Part shown: positions 13,051 to 25,382 of the stretch, one piece after another
Layout: each line of letters starts with the position of its first letter
Position numbering within the stretch: the stretch's first letter is position 1
Assembly (NCBI GenBank): GCA_012026655.1
Contig: JAAILG010000856.1
Span: 1 to 64,000, forward strand
DNA: 64,000 nucleotides
Origin: Hydrolagus affinis
Taxonomy: Eukaryota
Direction of reading: 5' to 3'
Notes under the pieces: generated by a model
Told to the model about the DNA's origin: nothing
Database searches by the model: none
What the model saw: the letters and a program-made list of their open reading frames with translations, nothing else
Translations under genes and position numbers: made by a program

Positions 13051-14468
13051 AAGGAAGAATTTAGTCTCTCTCACTCACACATACACACACACACACAGAT
13101 ACCCTTACATTAACATTCTAATGGTTTACATATCCTGTTTCAACAACCTGAATTCCACGCACGCATGGGGCATTTTTGCTTGAGAAAAGAAAAAATGAAA
13201 CAGCTGAACTACGGACATAGCATGCAGGTTTTAGAAGCAATACTAACCTACTAAAGGTTAAGCAATAAATAATAGTCATTTGCCTGTGCTCAATGCATGG
13301 ACCGAAACATTCATCACCACAAACACTGCAATTCATTTTACAAAACTAAAAATGTTGATTGTCAGCGAGTAATAAAAATAATAATCTTTGACATTTGACA
13401 TGTGAGCTGCCTCAAAAGCACTTCATGGAACATACTGCAAAATGAATTGACTGGATATTTTGTGGGTGAAATTAAGTACAGTAACATGAAATATATTCAA
13501 ATGCAGTGAAGTACAACTTTCGTATTCTTGAAGCAAACAGGAGTTTTCCATTGGAAATGAATTGTTTTAAAGTGCAGATCTCACTATTCAGGATGGTCAA
13601 TGAAAATGTTTGAGAAAACTAAGTAAGTACAGTAACATTCTATTAACTCATCACTTCACTTATTAATCAATGTCTCAGTGACAAGTTATACAGAGCGATG
13701 AGTTAGTTACAGGTATAAATACATAAGCGTGTCTGGGATATTAGCACCACGATGACTTCAGTGGTAGTGGCAAGTTAAGACAGAATTAAGTTATGAGGAG
13801 TTTACTGAACAGCCATGGTGTAGAATCGCACCCTGGTCTAGATTTAATCTATTAACATTAGCATTATGGAATGTGCAGGATTTACCAAATTTTTGTATTT
13901 TTGTTTCATCTGTTTTCTGCAATAAGAAACTTATCATAAAAAATTTACAATGAAAAAACTGTTTTGAAAATTAAAGATTGTATTTTAAAAGTTTACATAT
14001 ACCCAATGCTCTAGAATGCTAAGATGAAAAGAGTAACAACACAACACAAATACATGTATAGAGTGCCTTTCACGTTGGGAGGACGTCCCAAGACTCTGAA
14101 GTTCTAGATGCACATTTTAAAAAATATATATGAAACTCAATCTCTTTGGGTCTTTGAAACAAGGAGCTAAGCCATTCCGAACAAATGGCCGAGAGAGGCA
14201 TATTATTTCTGATGTCAAACGGGTTTGGAAAGATTAAAAGGATTATAACACAAACCAGCTGAAAATACAATTGAAATTGTAGGTATACTTGCCTATCAGC
14301 TATTTTGAAAAGCTATGTGAAGAGGAGTTACACTTGAAGGTTTTCACTTTATGTGGCTGAATGATAAAGAGTTCACATCTAGAGAGTTCACAAATGCTAA
14401 AACCCTGCATGAAGTATATCTGAAGTATATCCAAAAGAATAACATTGTAAATTGGTACATGCTGTACA

Positions 14469-15188
14469 CAGTAGAAGCCCGTTTATCCGGCACCCGCGGG
14501 ACTTGACCAATGCCGGTTAAAGCGCCTGCGGATATTCGGGCAGCCCGCAGCCAAAAACCTACTACAAAAAAACTAAAGTTCTTTTAACACACACCATACA
14601 CACCAGATTAAATAATAACAGATAATAACAGAATATTGTATTGGTACTTATTGTTAAACTACTCTCTTGCGCTTCTCACCTTTGCTGATTGAGGTTTACA
14701 GTCCAGTGATTCTTTTTTAAATGGAGCCAAGTGGGTGAAAAAAACGGCAACGCGATTTTAAAGTTGCTCGTCTTTACTAGCTGCAAGCCAAAGCCCTAGA
14801 CTCTACTAGCGTCAAACCAAAATACTACACCTGCGCGACAATGTGGGTTATCGGCTAGCATTATCGGCTTGCCACCAGTATGACTTTAAAGTCGCACTCC
14901 GTTTTTTTCACCCGCTCCATTTTAAAAAGAATCGCTGGACTATAAACCTCAACCGTAGCATCATGGCTTCAAGCGCAGCATCTACCAGCAAAGGTAAAAA
15001 GCGCAAGAGAGTAGTTTCAACAATAAGTACCAATACAATATTCTGTTATTATGTTATTATTTATGCATTTACAAATGCTCCACTGCTATTGTTCCGGATA
15101 AGTTCCAGTTTATCAAATAGGGACTTTTTTTTTGGCGTGCCGGTTATGTTAAAAAATTCAAATCCTCCCAATACAAGGTGATCTACTA
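14469..15188. mobile_element. Tigger/pogo-derived non-autonomous element with internal inverted duplication
   Basis: Left TIR CAGTAGAAGCCCGTTTATCCGG, degenerate right end TCTACTA followed by TA. Internal inverted arms at about 14609-14764 and 14883-15063. The right arm encodes MASSAASTSKGKKRKRVVSTI from ATG 14963, resembling a pogo/CENP-B transposase N-terminus. Confidence 0.75.
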
Positions 15189-16270
15189 TAATTTGTTATA
15201 TTTCACAGTTATAATCTGATATACTTTGGACAATTCCATTGAAAGCTCAATTGAATTTAATGAACATCAATATAATTGATGGATAAATGGGTAGGATATA
15301 ACATAAATCACCAATCATATTTGCTTTTGGGGGGCAAATCCCATTTTTAACCACACAATTCCAATTGTTTCTGCAGCTTACCTTTAGAGCCTGTTAATGG
15401 ATTTGTTTACAGCCAACCTAAATCACGTACCTCTCTTGCTCCCTGGAACCAACCACCTCCTCTTTTTGTCTGTGTTACTGACGTGAAAACGAGTGACTAT
15501 TGAGCTGGCGTGCTGCTGAAGCAAACTCACTCTTAGTTACAATGGAAATAACCAATGTTAATGAGGCAAAGCTAGTCACATCACGTGATTTGAGTCTCAC
15601 CAGCCTCCCTAATGATGTGCCCTGCAAATTCATGTTCTCCAAGCAAGTTAGCAGGTAAGAGGTCGATTTTCCACTCCCCAAATTGCATTAAGAACCCAAA
15701 TATGCAGCACAAATGATTATGAACCTAAAGGATCTTGTAATAATTTCCAGGGGCTTGGGATTACAAACCTCATTTATCAAAAGGACAACCAAAAAGCCAC
15801 TGAAGTGGATTGGGCTTCGCAGATATTGTCATGAATAATGACACACCCTGGAAATTTTTGATGAGATAAATAATCAAATGCATCATTAAATTGACTCTGT
15901 TATTGCACTGGAGTGAATGCAGAACAGAGAATCATTCCGTTCCAGAAGGCTGTGCTTTTACTGACAAGGAATTCACAGCTCTGAAGTTGACTTCATCAGA
16001 GAAAAGATTGAGAGGAATTGTGACTGTGGCTGTAAGCAGTTCATTTAATGAGGGAGGAAAATCTGGGCTGTGAGTGTTTTGTGTGTGAGTGCGTGGAACA
16101 CTGTGTAAAAGTACCCCTCCCAGACCAATTGGAATACAGTACTGTATAGTAAGCGATTGTTGAAATAATCTTGAGAACCAAATCATTGGATCTGTCTCCA
16201 GATTTCGTCACTGACGGCATAGATGGCATGGTCCCATTTGTGCCCCAGTGTGGCATCACGCTTCTCAGGG

Positions 16271-16535
16271 AGTCAGCCTGACTCAGTTGGCAGCATTCTC
16301 GCTTCTGACTCAGAAGGTTGTAGGTTCTAGCCCCCAGGTCAGGACATTGAACTCATAGTTTAGGCTGACACTTGAATGCAGTGCTGCGGAAGCATTGCAT
16401 TGTTTGGAGGTGCTGTACCTTCAGATGAGACAAGGCCCATTTGCCTATTCAGGTGAACATTAGAGATCTCTGGCTCTGTTTGAAAAAATACAGGAAGTTT
16501 CTCCTGGTCAACCATCTCCCAGATAACACTGTTTT
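16271..16535 (+). mobile_element. Deu-domain SINE (SacSINE1/AmnSINE-like)
   Basis: tRNA-like head followed by AGGCTGACAC..TGCAGTGCTG..GGAGGTGCTGT..TTCAGATGAGAC..CAGGTG, matching the DeuSINE central domain as I recall it. Confidence 0.7.
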
Positions 16536-16537
16536 TT

Positions 16538-16905
16538 GTTTTCAAATGCCTCCACTCCTCTGCACCCCCCTACCTCTCTGATCTCCTCTCTCCCCCGAAC
16601 CAGCACCCGCTGCCTTTGCTCCACTGGGTCTGGCCTCCTCCATGTCCCACGATTCCTCCGCTCCACCCTCGGCGGCCGTGTCTTCAGCCACCATGCCCCA
16701 AGGCTCTGGAAATCCCTTCTTCACTCCCTTTGCCTCGCCTCCTCTCTTCCCAATTTCAGGTCATAGCTAAAGATCTTTCTCTTCGACCGTGCCTTTGGTC
16801 ACCTTTCTACCCCTGCCCCTGGCTCGGTCCCAGGATCCGCTACTGTGAAGCGCTCTGAAACACTGTCTGGCATGGAGGGCGCTATATAAATCAAAGTTGT
16901 TGTTG
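16538..16905 (+). mobile_element. L2 3' end
   Basis: TLGGRVFSHHAPRLWKSL; tail GGGCGCTATATAAATCAAAGTTGTTGTTG. Confidence 0.85.
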
Positions 16906-17519
16906 TCATTCCTGGCTGTTTGTGGGACACAGTTGGGCACAGATTGTCTACTCATATATCTACAGATACACAATCACTGCACTTCACAATAAACTGCTGT
17001 GAAACACTTTATGAGATGCCTTGGCAACGTAATAAGGCATTATCACAAATGTAAGGATTCTTATTAATGTTATATCTGTAGACAGAGTAGGGAGCTGTTT
17101 ATAAGCAATCTGGAAGATGATTCAGATCAGTTCGTTCCATAAAAGCATGCCCCAGTCTGATTCTTACTACATACTCATTATCACTTTCCTCAAGGCTGTC
17201 CCTATGGATGGTACAAACTCCAATGTATCCAACAATAACAACAACAACTTGCATTCATATTGCGCCTCTCATTCAGTGTGGTGCCCCAGAGCACTTGACA
17301 GTAGCGGAGCCCGACTCCAAGGGGGTGGGGACGGGAGAGGTGATCGAAGGCACGGTCGAAGAGGAAGGTCTTGAGGATACATGCATTGCCTCTCTTACAC
17401 TCACTTCACTAGATAAGCACAGCACACAACGAGACAGGGCTTATTCATCATTGACAACTCAGGATGGTTGAGCACAGGATCGGGGAGAGAAAACAAAATC
17501 AATGTTTTTATTTATTTTC

Positions 17520-17785
17520 TAATTGAGCTGGAGGGAGTACTTTGAAGAGAGACTAATCTCCCTAGACTTTCCTTTCCCCTTAATTGAAACTGTGCGTATT
17601 GAAGCAGGGGACATTCATTTAAAATTAAGCATTCTCAGTCGTGAGTTGACATTGGAAATGTTTCTGTCACCCAACAGAGCTGTGGATCTGCGAAATAAAT
17701 TCCCAGTTGGTGCAGTCCATGTGTCAATTAACACATTTAAAGAAGAGCTTGATAAAATACTGCATCTTGTTAAAAAATAGGACTG
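17520..17785 (+). mobile_element. CR1 LINE ORF2 C-terminal fragment
   Basis: PNRAVDLRNKFPVGAVHVSINTFKEELDKIL resembles the CR1 terminal motif (R.V..WN.LP...V...S...FK..LD). Confidence 0.65.
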
Positions 17786-17967
17786 AAGCCACAAATGTAA
17801 GGTGATGATCAAACTATGGTGCATAGGTACTGAGACAATGGAAAGACCATGCAATGTAGGGCAACTGACTAAATAATGAGACATGCCAACAACAAAATTA
17901 CATTTGTATAGTGCCTTTCATATTGGAGGACGTCCCAAAGCGTTTCACACATATATTGTAAAGTGGA

Positions 17968-18192
17968 ACAAAAATATAAGTTGCTGGGAAACCTCAGCAG
18001 GTCAGGCAGCATCCATGGAGAAAGGAAAGTGAGTCAACGTTTCGGGTCCACGAGCCTTGACGAAGGGTTGTGGACCTGAAACATTGACTCACTTTCCTAT
18101 CTCCATGGATGCTGCCAGACCTGCTGAGTTTTCCCAGCAACTTCTGTTTTTGTTTCAGATTTCTAGCATCTGTTGTATTTTGTGTTTTATTG
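17968..18192. mobile_element. Short palindromic PLE insertion with degenerate hammerhead
   Basis: Perfect 15-bp TSD ATATTGTAAAGTGGA (17953-17967 and 18193-18207). Arms fold back around about 18057. Same pseudo-LTR sequence as 6485-7185. Confidence 0.85.
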
Positions 18193-20106
18193 ATATTGTA
18201 AAGTGGATTGACTAATTTTCTGGGCACAACATAGAAGCCGATTGCACACAGCAGTGTCCCCAAAACAGTTATGGACTGAGTAACCAATTACTGTATTATT
18301 AATTTTTTTGGATAGATTATTACCCCCAGGGAGAGATTATTACCCCCAGGGAGCAATCTTCCAATTAACTAACAACTGCGTTCCCACTTACTGTCAGGTA
18401 GAGAGAGGCATGTGGAGTAAGGAAACTTTCCAAAAGTTTTATCCTGCCCGGGAACTCTGCAGCCTATGTCCCCTCCTGTGCAAGGCTCAGCAAGCCTATT
18501 GAATGGCTCCGTCACCCAGCAGATCAAGTTCAAAGATCTTCATTCTCACCTTCACATCCATCCATGACCTCGGCCCACCCTACCTCTGTAACTCCTCCAA
18601 CCACACCCACTCAACCTCTCCCTTTACTCAGTGAGCACCGGTCAGCAGTGTCGAGAGTTATTTCCCACTTGAAAGGCATGATTAAATTTGTATTGTATTG
18701 CTACAATTTGTTAGTTATTCCTTGTGGTTTTGGCCTTAATCGGTTTCTTCCTCTCTTTGTGGTTAGCTTTCATTCAAATGTTTAATGAGGACACAGCAGA
18801 ACCACTTGGCTCAGTGTAGATGTCATGGACGGTGCGCTGAGCTGTCTATCACAGCTCCTATTGTGGTCTCTCCACAGTCACAGGGTAGGCGTAATGTGCC
18901 TCTGGCTGTTGGCATGTGGGAGATGCTAGGGGTTACATAGAATGAAATGCTTTAATATATTTTGAAGCAACACGACACCAGATCAAATACCAGGCATTAT
19001 TCATTCTTATTAAATAGACCAGGAAGAGTCCACCCACCAGTTTATCTCAATAGTACTTCATCCATGTTCCACAAGTAACACATTAATACTTGCCTCATTA
19101 CAAAAACAACAACAACTCGCACTTAAGCACCTCTACGCAGAGTGGCACCTCAGAGTGCATTAAAGTTCCTAATTCACACGAGGACATCACCAGCATCTTT
19201 CTCCAAACCGACCGCAACACTTGAGTTCTATAGGTAATTATTGCAAAAAAAAACATCTAGCCAAAAACAACAACTTAGAACACATTATAAAGGGGTTGAA
19301 TGTGTGGTATTTCATAATAAGATTGATGAATAAGAAAGTATTGCAAATGGGGTCTCCTTCAAATTGCCAAATGACCAACTTCAATACTGTAAACACCAAT
19401 CACTGTATAGTCTAATAGTCAAAGACCAACTCTTGAACTAAGTGACAATTATTCAGTGGGGGTGGGGAACCTCCATTCATAATCAATGAGTGACATTTCT
19501 GCAGGTCAACTGGAAATCTAAAGAGATTTCTTATAAATGAATCCCATTAAAGAGTGATACAAAAATTAAAGCCTCGGGTATATATTTTGCATGGCTTTTA
19601 TTCCCACATTGCCTAATGTCCTCCCAACATGAAAGATCCAAATTTTATTTTGTAATGTATTTTTGTGTAAGGTCTGGTGTTCAAGCCAGTAATAATTATA
19701 ATAATAATCCTTGCATTTGATATAGCGCTTTTCACGTCTTCTGGTAATGGTTATTAAAATCATGGTTAAAGTCTGCAATTCTGGGTCTACATTGTTTTTT
19801 GGGGGGAGGTGGAAAAAGCATGTAGTCATGCACCAAGTTTTACAGTACAATTTTAACGTCTGCATCATGTTAAAATGTGCTTATCCCCCTGGTACCACAA
19901 TGGGATATATGCATTCATTATTGAAACGGGGAAAAATGCTACGAATGGGATTGCGCGCTAGCACTCTGAATGAGGCGCTAAGAATAACAATGTGCCAAAT
20001 TCTCCTGCTGGAGAGGCAATGCTGATAGAATGAAACAAATTCTCTACTGGACTGTTTCATTTCTGAGAAAGATAAGGCAAAAGAATTGAACTCAACTAAA
20101 TGGTAA

Positions 20107-20325
20107 CAAAAACACCACAAGTCCCTGGAATCACTCAGTGGGTCGGGCAGCATCCATGGAGAAAGGAAAGTGAGTCAACATTTTGGGTCTGCGACCTTTC
20201 GTCAGAATTGCAGCATGCTGGGAGGGAGAGGCTTTTAAGGATTAACAGAGAGAGGGGAAGGCAGGGCAAGGAAGACAAAGGAGAATATTTACAGATTTCC
20301 AGCATCTGCAGTATTTTGCGTTTTG
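20107..20325. mobile_element. PLE insertion: inverted pseudo-LTR plus short 3' tail
   Basis: Perfect 13-bp TSD AACTAAATGGTAA (20094-20106 and 20326-20338). Minus-strand pseudo-LTR with a degenerate hammerhead (about 20173-20209), then plus-strand tail CAGATTTCCAGCATCTGCAG. Confidence 0.85.
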
Positions 20326-21324
20326 AACTAAATGGTAATCTTGCAATGTTTCATTTCCTACCTCTCCTATTCTGTCATTTTCATCTCAGCAAGCATTGGG
20401 CTATTGAGTTTCATTAACACCTTAGTGAGAAGTTTTCCCCAGTTTTTAAAGGTGAACTCTCTTCTTTCCCTGCTTACTTGTTCAAGTAAGATGAAAATAA
20501 GGTTTGTTTGAGGGTTAAACCGGTTTGAGTTAGCAACCTCACTGAAAGTATACATGTAGCTGTCACAAGAGGATTTCCACTAGGGTTTGTTGGTACATCC
20601 TTAGTTCCTTAGAAACACTATTTTCTCATCTCTTAGAAACCTCTCTTCAACAACGTGCAATTATAAACCGCTCTTCATGCCAGAAGGCATCTCGGAGCAC
20701 TTGATATACATATGTGATACATATATATAATATACATATATAATATACATATACACACACAACAAAAGTTAACTTGAGCAGCTAAAAGATGCATATTGAA
20801 ACGTACACTGGTTGCCCATTCTAGCAAATCACTGACTAAGCATTCAATCTTGAATGAGACATGCCAACGATTTTGGCTTATGCCACAATTAGAAATCAAG
20901 CCACTAATACTATACTTGTAAAATATTCAAATAATGAAGGTGTAACACAGGAAGGTACAACTATTTTGAATGGATCAGGTTATATTAAATTATACTTTCG
21001 AGAAGCCACACTAAGGACACGATGATCTGTTGATTTATCAAATGCAACAGCCCCAGAGAAATTGATATATTGCTAAGACAACATACTTTGCAGTCTACCA
21101 GTGTGGTGTACTTCACGTTACCTTCACCTTTCCATTGGCCTCTCTGGTTTCTGTGGCCTCTACTGAATCTGTGGTCAGCTGTTTGCAAGCTATTTTCGTA
21201 GCATGACATCAAAAAACGTAATTAGTACACAATTAGCAGACCTGCAGGCAATGATCAAATGGGACATACACTAAGCCAGGTTCGATGCAGGAGCCCGCTC
21301 AATACCACAGGATATTAGTTGTGT

Positions 21325-21712
21325 GTGTCAGCCTGGCACAGTGATAGCACTCTCGCCTCCAAGTCAGAAAGTTGTCCTTTCAAGCGGGACATGGAGTCCA
21401 ATCATCTAAATTGACACTGCAATGCAGTGCTGGGAGGTTGTTGCAATATCGGAGGCTCTGTACTTCAGATGACACGTTACACCAAGGTCCTATCTACCTG
21501 TTCAGGTGGATGTTAAAGATTCCGTGACATTATTCGAAATGAAAAGATGGTGGGGGTGGGAGTGGGTTCTTCTTTCTTAGTGTTCTGGACGATAATTCCA
21601 TGGCGGATTGAGGGACATCGCTGTGAACAACCGGCTGCCAGATTTTGCCAACAAGATACAATCAAATGTCTTTACAGTAATTCCCGTGACGTGCTTTGAG
21701 ATATCTTGATCA
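21325..21712 (+). mobile_element. Deu-domain SINE
   Basis: TGACACTGCAATGCAGTGCTGGGAGG..TTCAGATGACACGTTA..TTCAGGTGGATGTTAAAGAT. Confidence 0.7.
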
Positions 21713-24700
21713 CACCTCGGTTGTCTTATGTCCCAGTATGAGTTGGGATTTCATGAATGGAGAAAGGGAGAATATTTGGCAGAATTGTGTTTCGACCTCA
21801 GCAAATTACACCAAATTTGACAGCATGGAGTGAGATGTTAAACCACGATTCAGCTTTGTTAATTCATCCAAAGATATTCATGATTTGCTCACTGTGTAAG
21901 TATTAAATAGAGAATGCAACACCGTGGGTATGAATAAGTCTAACTTTACTCAGGATAAATTGCCTTGGTGCACAAGTTGAGATAGACCAGATGACTCTGG
22001 ATGACCCAGGGAAGCTGATTTGCAAAGGAAAGTGGATCTTAAAATGATAGTTCTAGTGCACAGGATCTCATCAGTAAGAATGAATGGAGACTAAAGCTAG
22101 GCTTGTATTGAATACAGTGCACCTGTGATGTGGGAAACCTCTGCTGGAGGATTCACAAGTAACAGTTTGTTCTAGACTACACTTCGCTTGTTAACTTGCA
22201 CACAAGCAGTATCTTTCACACTGTCAAAATAATGGTGCGAATAGTTACACACAAGTACAAAAATGCTCAAATAATTTATTAATCCAAGCATACAAGTGAT
22301 GCATAACATTTGCATATTGAGTTTTTGAATGAGATTGTTCAAATCAGGTTATGAAACACCACACAATGTTTCCCTATAAAGAGACTTCATATTTACCTGC
22401 AGTAATTTACCATTTAGTACCATAATAATACAATTTAATTTCCATTTGTATAGCGTCGCAAAGTCTTGAAATGGTTATGATAAGCATAACAGGTTTGAGC
22501 AATGCAATTTTATGCCAAAGGATATAACTTCTTAAAAAAAACTTCCTTTTAATAAGAAGAACTGTACAAATTTATTTCTGTACTGCAACAAGATTTATTT
22601 CACAGACTTAAAACTTATTTGAAAATTGATATCTTAAGAGTCCTTTTGAAGAAGTCAAGCATTTGCTATACTTGCACAACATTATGTTCCACAGCAAGAA
22701 GCTTGCTAATCTTTCAATTATTTGGTTTCTAATATCTAATAGGTGATGACAGAAATCTTTGGGGATTTATAAGCAATTTCACAAATGAGTTAACATTACT
22801 CTTCTCTCTATCACAAAAAAAATGATGGGGCAACTAGTTCCATAACAAACATAAATCCCCCAAGGATCTATATTAAATAGTATCTTCGGGACCTAAACCC
22901 ATAAACTTCTGACCCAGAGGCAAGACTGCTACCATATATCTTTCCAATTAAATACTTTTGAGAATGTGCTGTTGTGAAAAATACATCATAAAACTCAAAA
23001 GCCAAGCTATGTGGAATTAAAGCAAAATGCAAAACTAGAAAAGAAGGCAGGTGCCTTGGATCACCCCTGCATTCCCACATCAAAAATCAATCGTGCAGGG
23101 TCCAACGGTCTTTCAAATAGAAATATATGTCAATCGTTGCAGCGTTTCATCTGCTTATTGCTGTTACAGGCATAAACTGCAAATCTGGCATCTCAAATTT
23201 CACGTAATTCCGAAAAAACACTGCATTCTTTGAACTGCAAACCTCAAAGGAAGCCTTACTATGATTAATACTCACAACGCATGATTATTGTGTGAATTAC
23301 ATTATCAAACCAAATTGATCAGACAGCACTGAGCTAAAATTAACTATTCTCTTGACCTTATATTAATCAAGTTGACAACCCATCACTGAGGATTGGGTCA
23401 CCAAGCGAACAATCCTTCCATTTCACAATAAGAACAAGAGGCTGCTGAAGTAAGAACTGATCGGACACTAAATTCCTCAGTCCTCAGGGCAAGTCTCAGA
23501 CTACTTACTGGGAATAATCAGCCTTTTGTTCAACTTGTTAAGATCATCAATACAATGAGCAAGCTATTGTCATTGAAAGTGTTGCCCAAAATAATAGTCA
23601 TATAAACAAAAGAGTTTATGTGAAAATATCTTATGCCACAACAGTCTAAGGTCAAGAAAATCCTGTGAAATATATTCACAGGTCAACGGGTCGCTGCTGA
23701 TGTCACATCCTACTGCACGCCCTCACTGGCACAAGAAAAGCTGCAGTGTTACTTTGCGATGGCAGTGGTGTTTCCTGCATGTCGCATACATGCAGTGATA
23801 TTTTGAAGCTCTGTACAAATGGCACACAAACGTTACACTGCAAGTGATGTTAGCAGTGAACTGACCACCTGGACATTACCCTTTTTTTTAAAGAATATGA
23901 TGTGTTGCATCAGAAATGTCCTCTCTGTCCCCACCCCGAGATACATGAGGATGAATATTATGGGCAAGATTTCCCACCCTATAACCTCTTGGACATGCAC
24001 CTTGAAGCAGTGAGCATCTAAAAGCAGAAGGCAGTCAGTACAGTTTCCACCGCCCTACTAACCCACAAGCAGGAACTGGGAACACTTTTGGTCTATGAGC
24101 CTACCCTACTAGCAAATAGGTTAAAACTTTCTACACTTCACACAGGAACATAAAAATAGAGTAGATCAGTAGATTTTGTAAAGTATTTTGCAAGCCTTAT
24201 GGGCAGTTATAACTGATCTCAGTCCCCACATGTTACCAGGCAGCTTAGCTACAGCACATGGAATTCAAGCAGTTGTGTTGCTTCCTCAATCAGGACTTTT
24301 CACTCTAACCACTTAAGTTACAGAAAGTACAACTCACTAAAGACTTGCACATGTTCATGCCAATGAGCAACTTTCATCGCCACTCATCACCCGGGTGTGC
24401 AATTGTTCTTTCACAGTACCCCACAACTTCAATTATAAATATCCAAGTGTGTTCACAACCTTCCTGTTAGAATGCACAACTTTGAATGTACAATGCACAA
24501 TCTAGAGGAATGTGTGGTCAAGAGTACTTAAAAAAGGTAGCAAGGCAATGAGTGGGATTTGGATCAGCAATAATGAAACACACAAGAAGGAGACAGTTAA
24601 TAAATTTGCAGCAAAAAATGTCCAATTGGAAAGGAAAATAAAAAATACATAAAAAACAGTTTAGGGTTAGAGTTAGGGTTAAGACCAGAGGGAAATAAGT

Positions 24701-24937
24701 AAGGAACATAAAAGGAACATAGAATAACCAAAATAGAAAACAGTAGTGTCAGATATCAAAATAATAATGAAGAGAAAATATTTCATAAAATTTAAATTAC
24801 TCAAAGACACAATCTTAGTTTTCGAATGTTATATGTAGAAAAAATAGAAGGTTGTTTAGTACACTGCAAAATCTACATTTCTGAGCAGCATTTAAGAACA
24901 AGGTCTGTTCCATTTAAGAGCACTTTATTATTGTTGA

Positions 24938-25382
24938 TAATAATAATACTTGCATTTGATATAGCATCTTTCACATTGGGAGGATGTCTCAAAATACTTC
25001 AGAGGATTTACATTTACATGTTTAGATTTATTATTGTTACTGTGTATTTTGTAGTTGAATGTGACAGCAAATTTGTTCAAAAATGACCCACAAACATAAC
25101 AGAGTGGATGACCAATGTATCTGGGTGGATTGTTAGCAGGACACTGGGAAAAACTCTCTTCTCTTTTCTAACAGTCCTCAGGATATTTAATCCCCATCTG
25201 AACTGGCAGATGGCATCTCAGTTTAATGTCTCATCTGAAGAATGGCCCTGCCAATAATACAGCGGAGACTCCCCCAGCACTGTTCTGGGGATGTCAGCCT
25301 AACCTATGAGTTCCAAGTCCCAAGCTTGAACAGACGACCTTTTGACTCAGAGGCAAGATTAGTATCAACTGAGCCAGGCTGA
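24938..25382 (-). mobile_element. Deu-domain SINE with L2-like tail
   Basis: Reverse complement of the same domain (TTTAATGTCTCATCTGAAG..GTCAGCCTA..TGACTCAGAGGC). Confidence 0.7.

Noticed and set aside
18314-18352. Short tandem duplications inside SINEs (also 41592-41630, 53346-53375, 54577-54630)
   Set aside because: Ordinary slippage or repair duplications with no sign of function.
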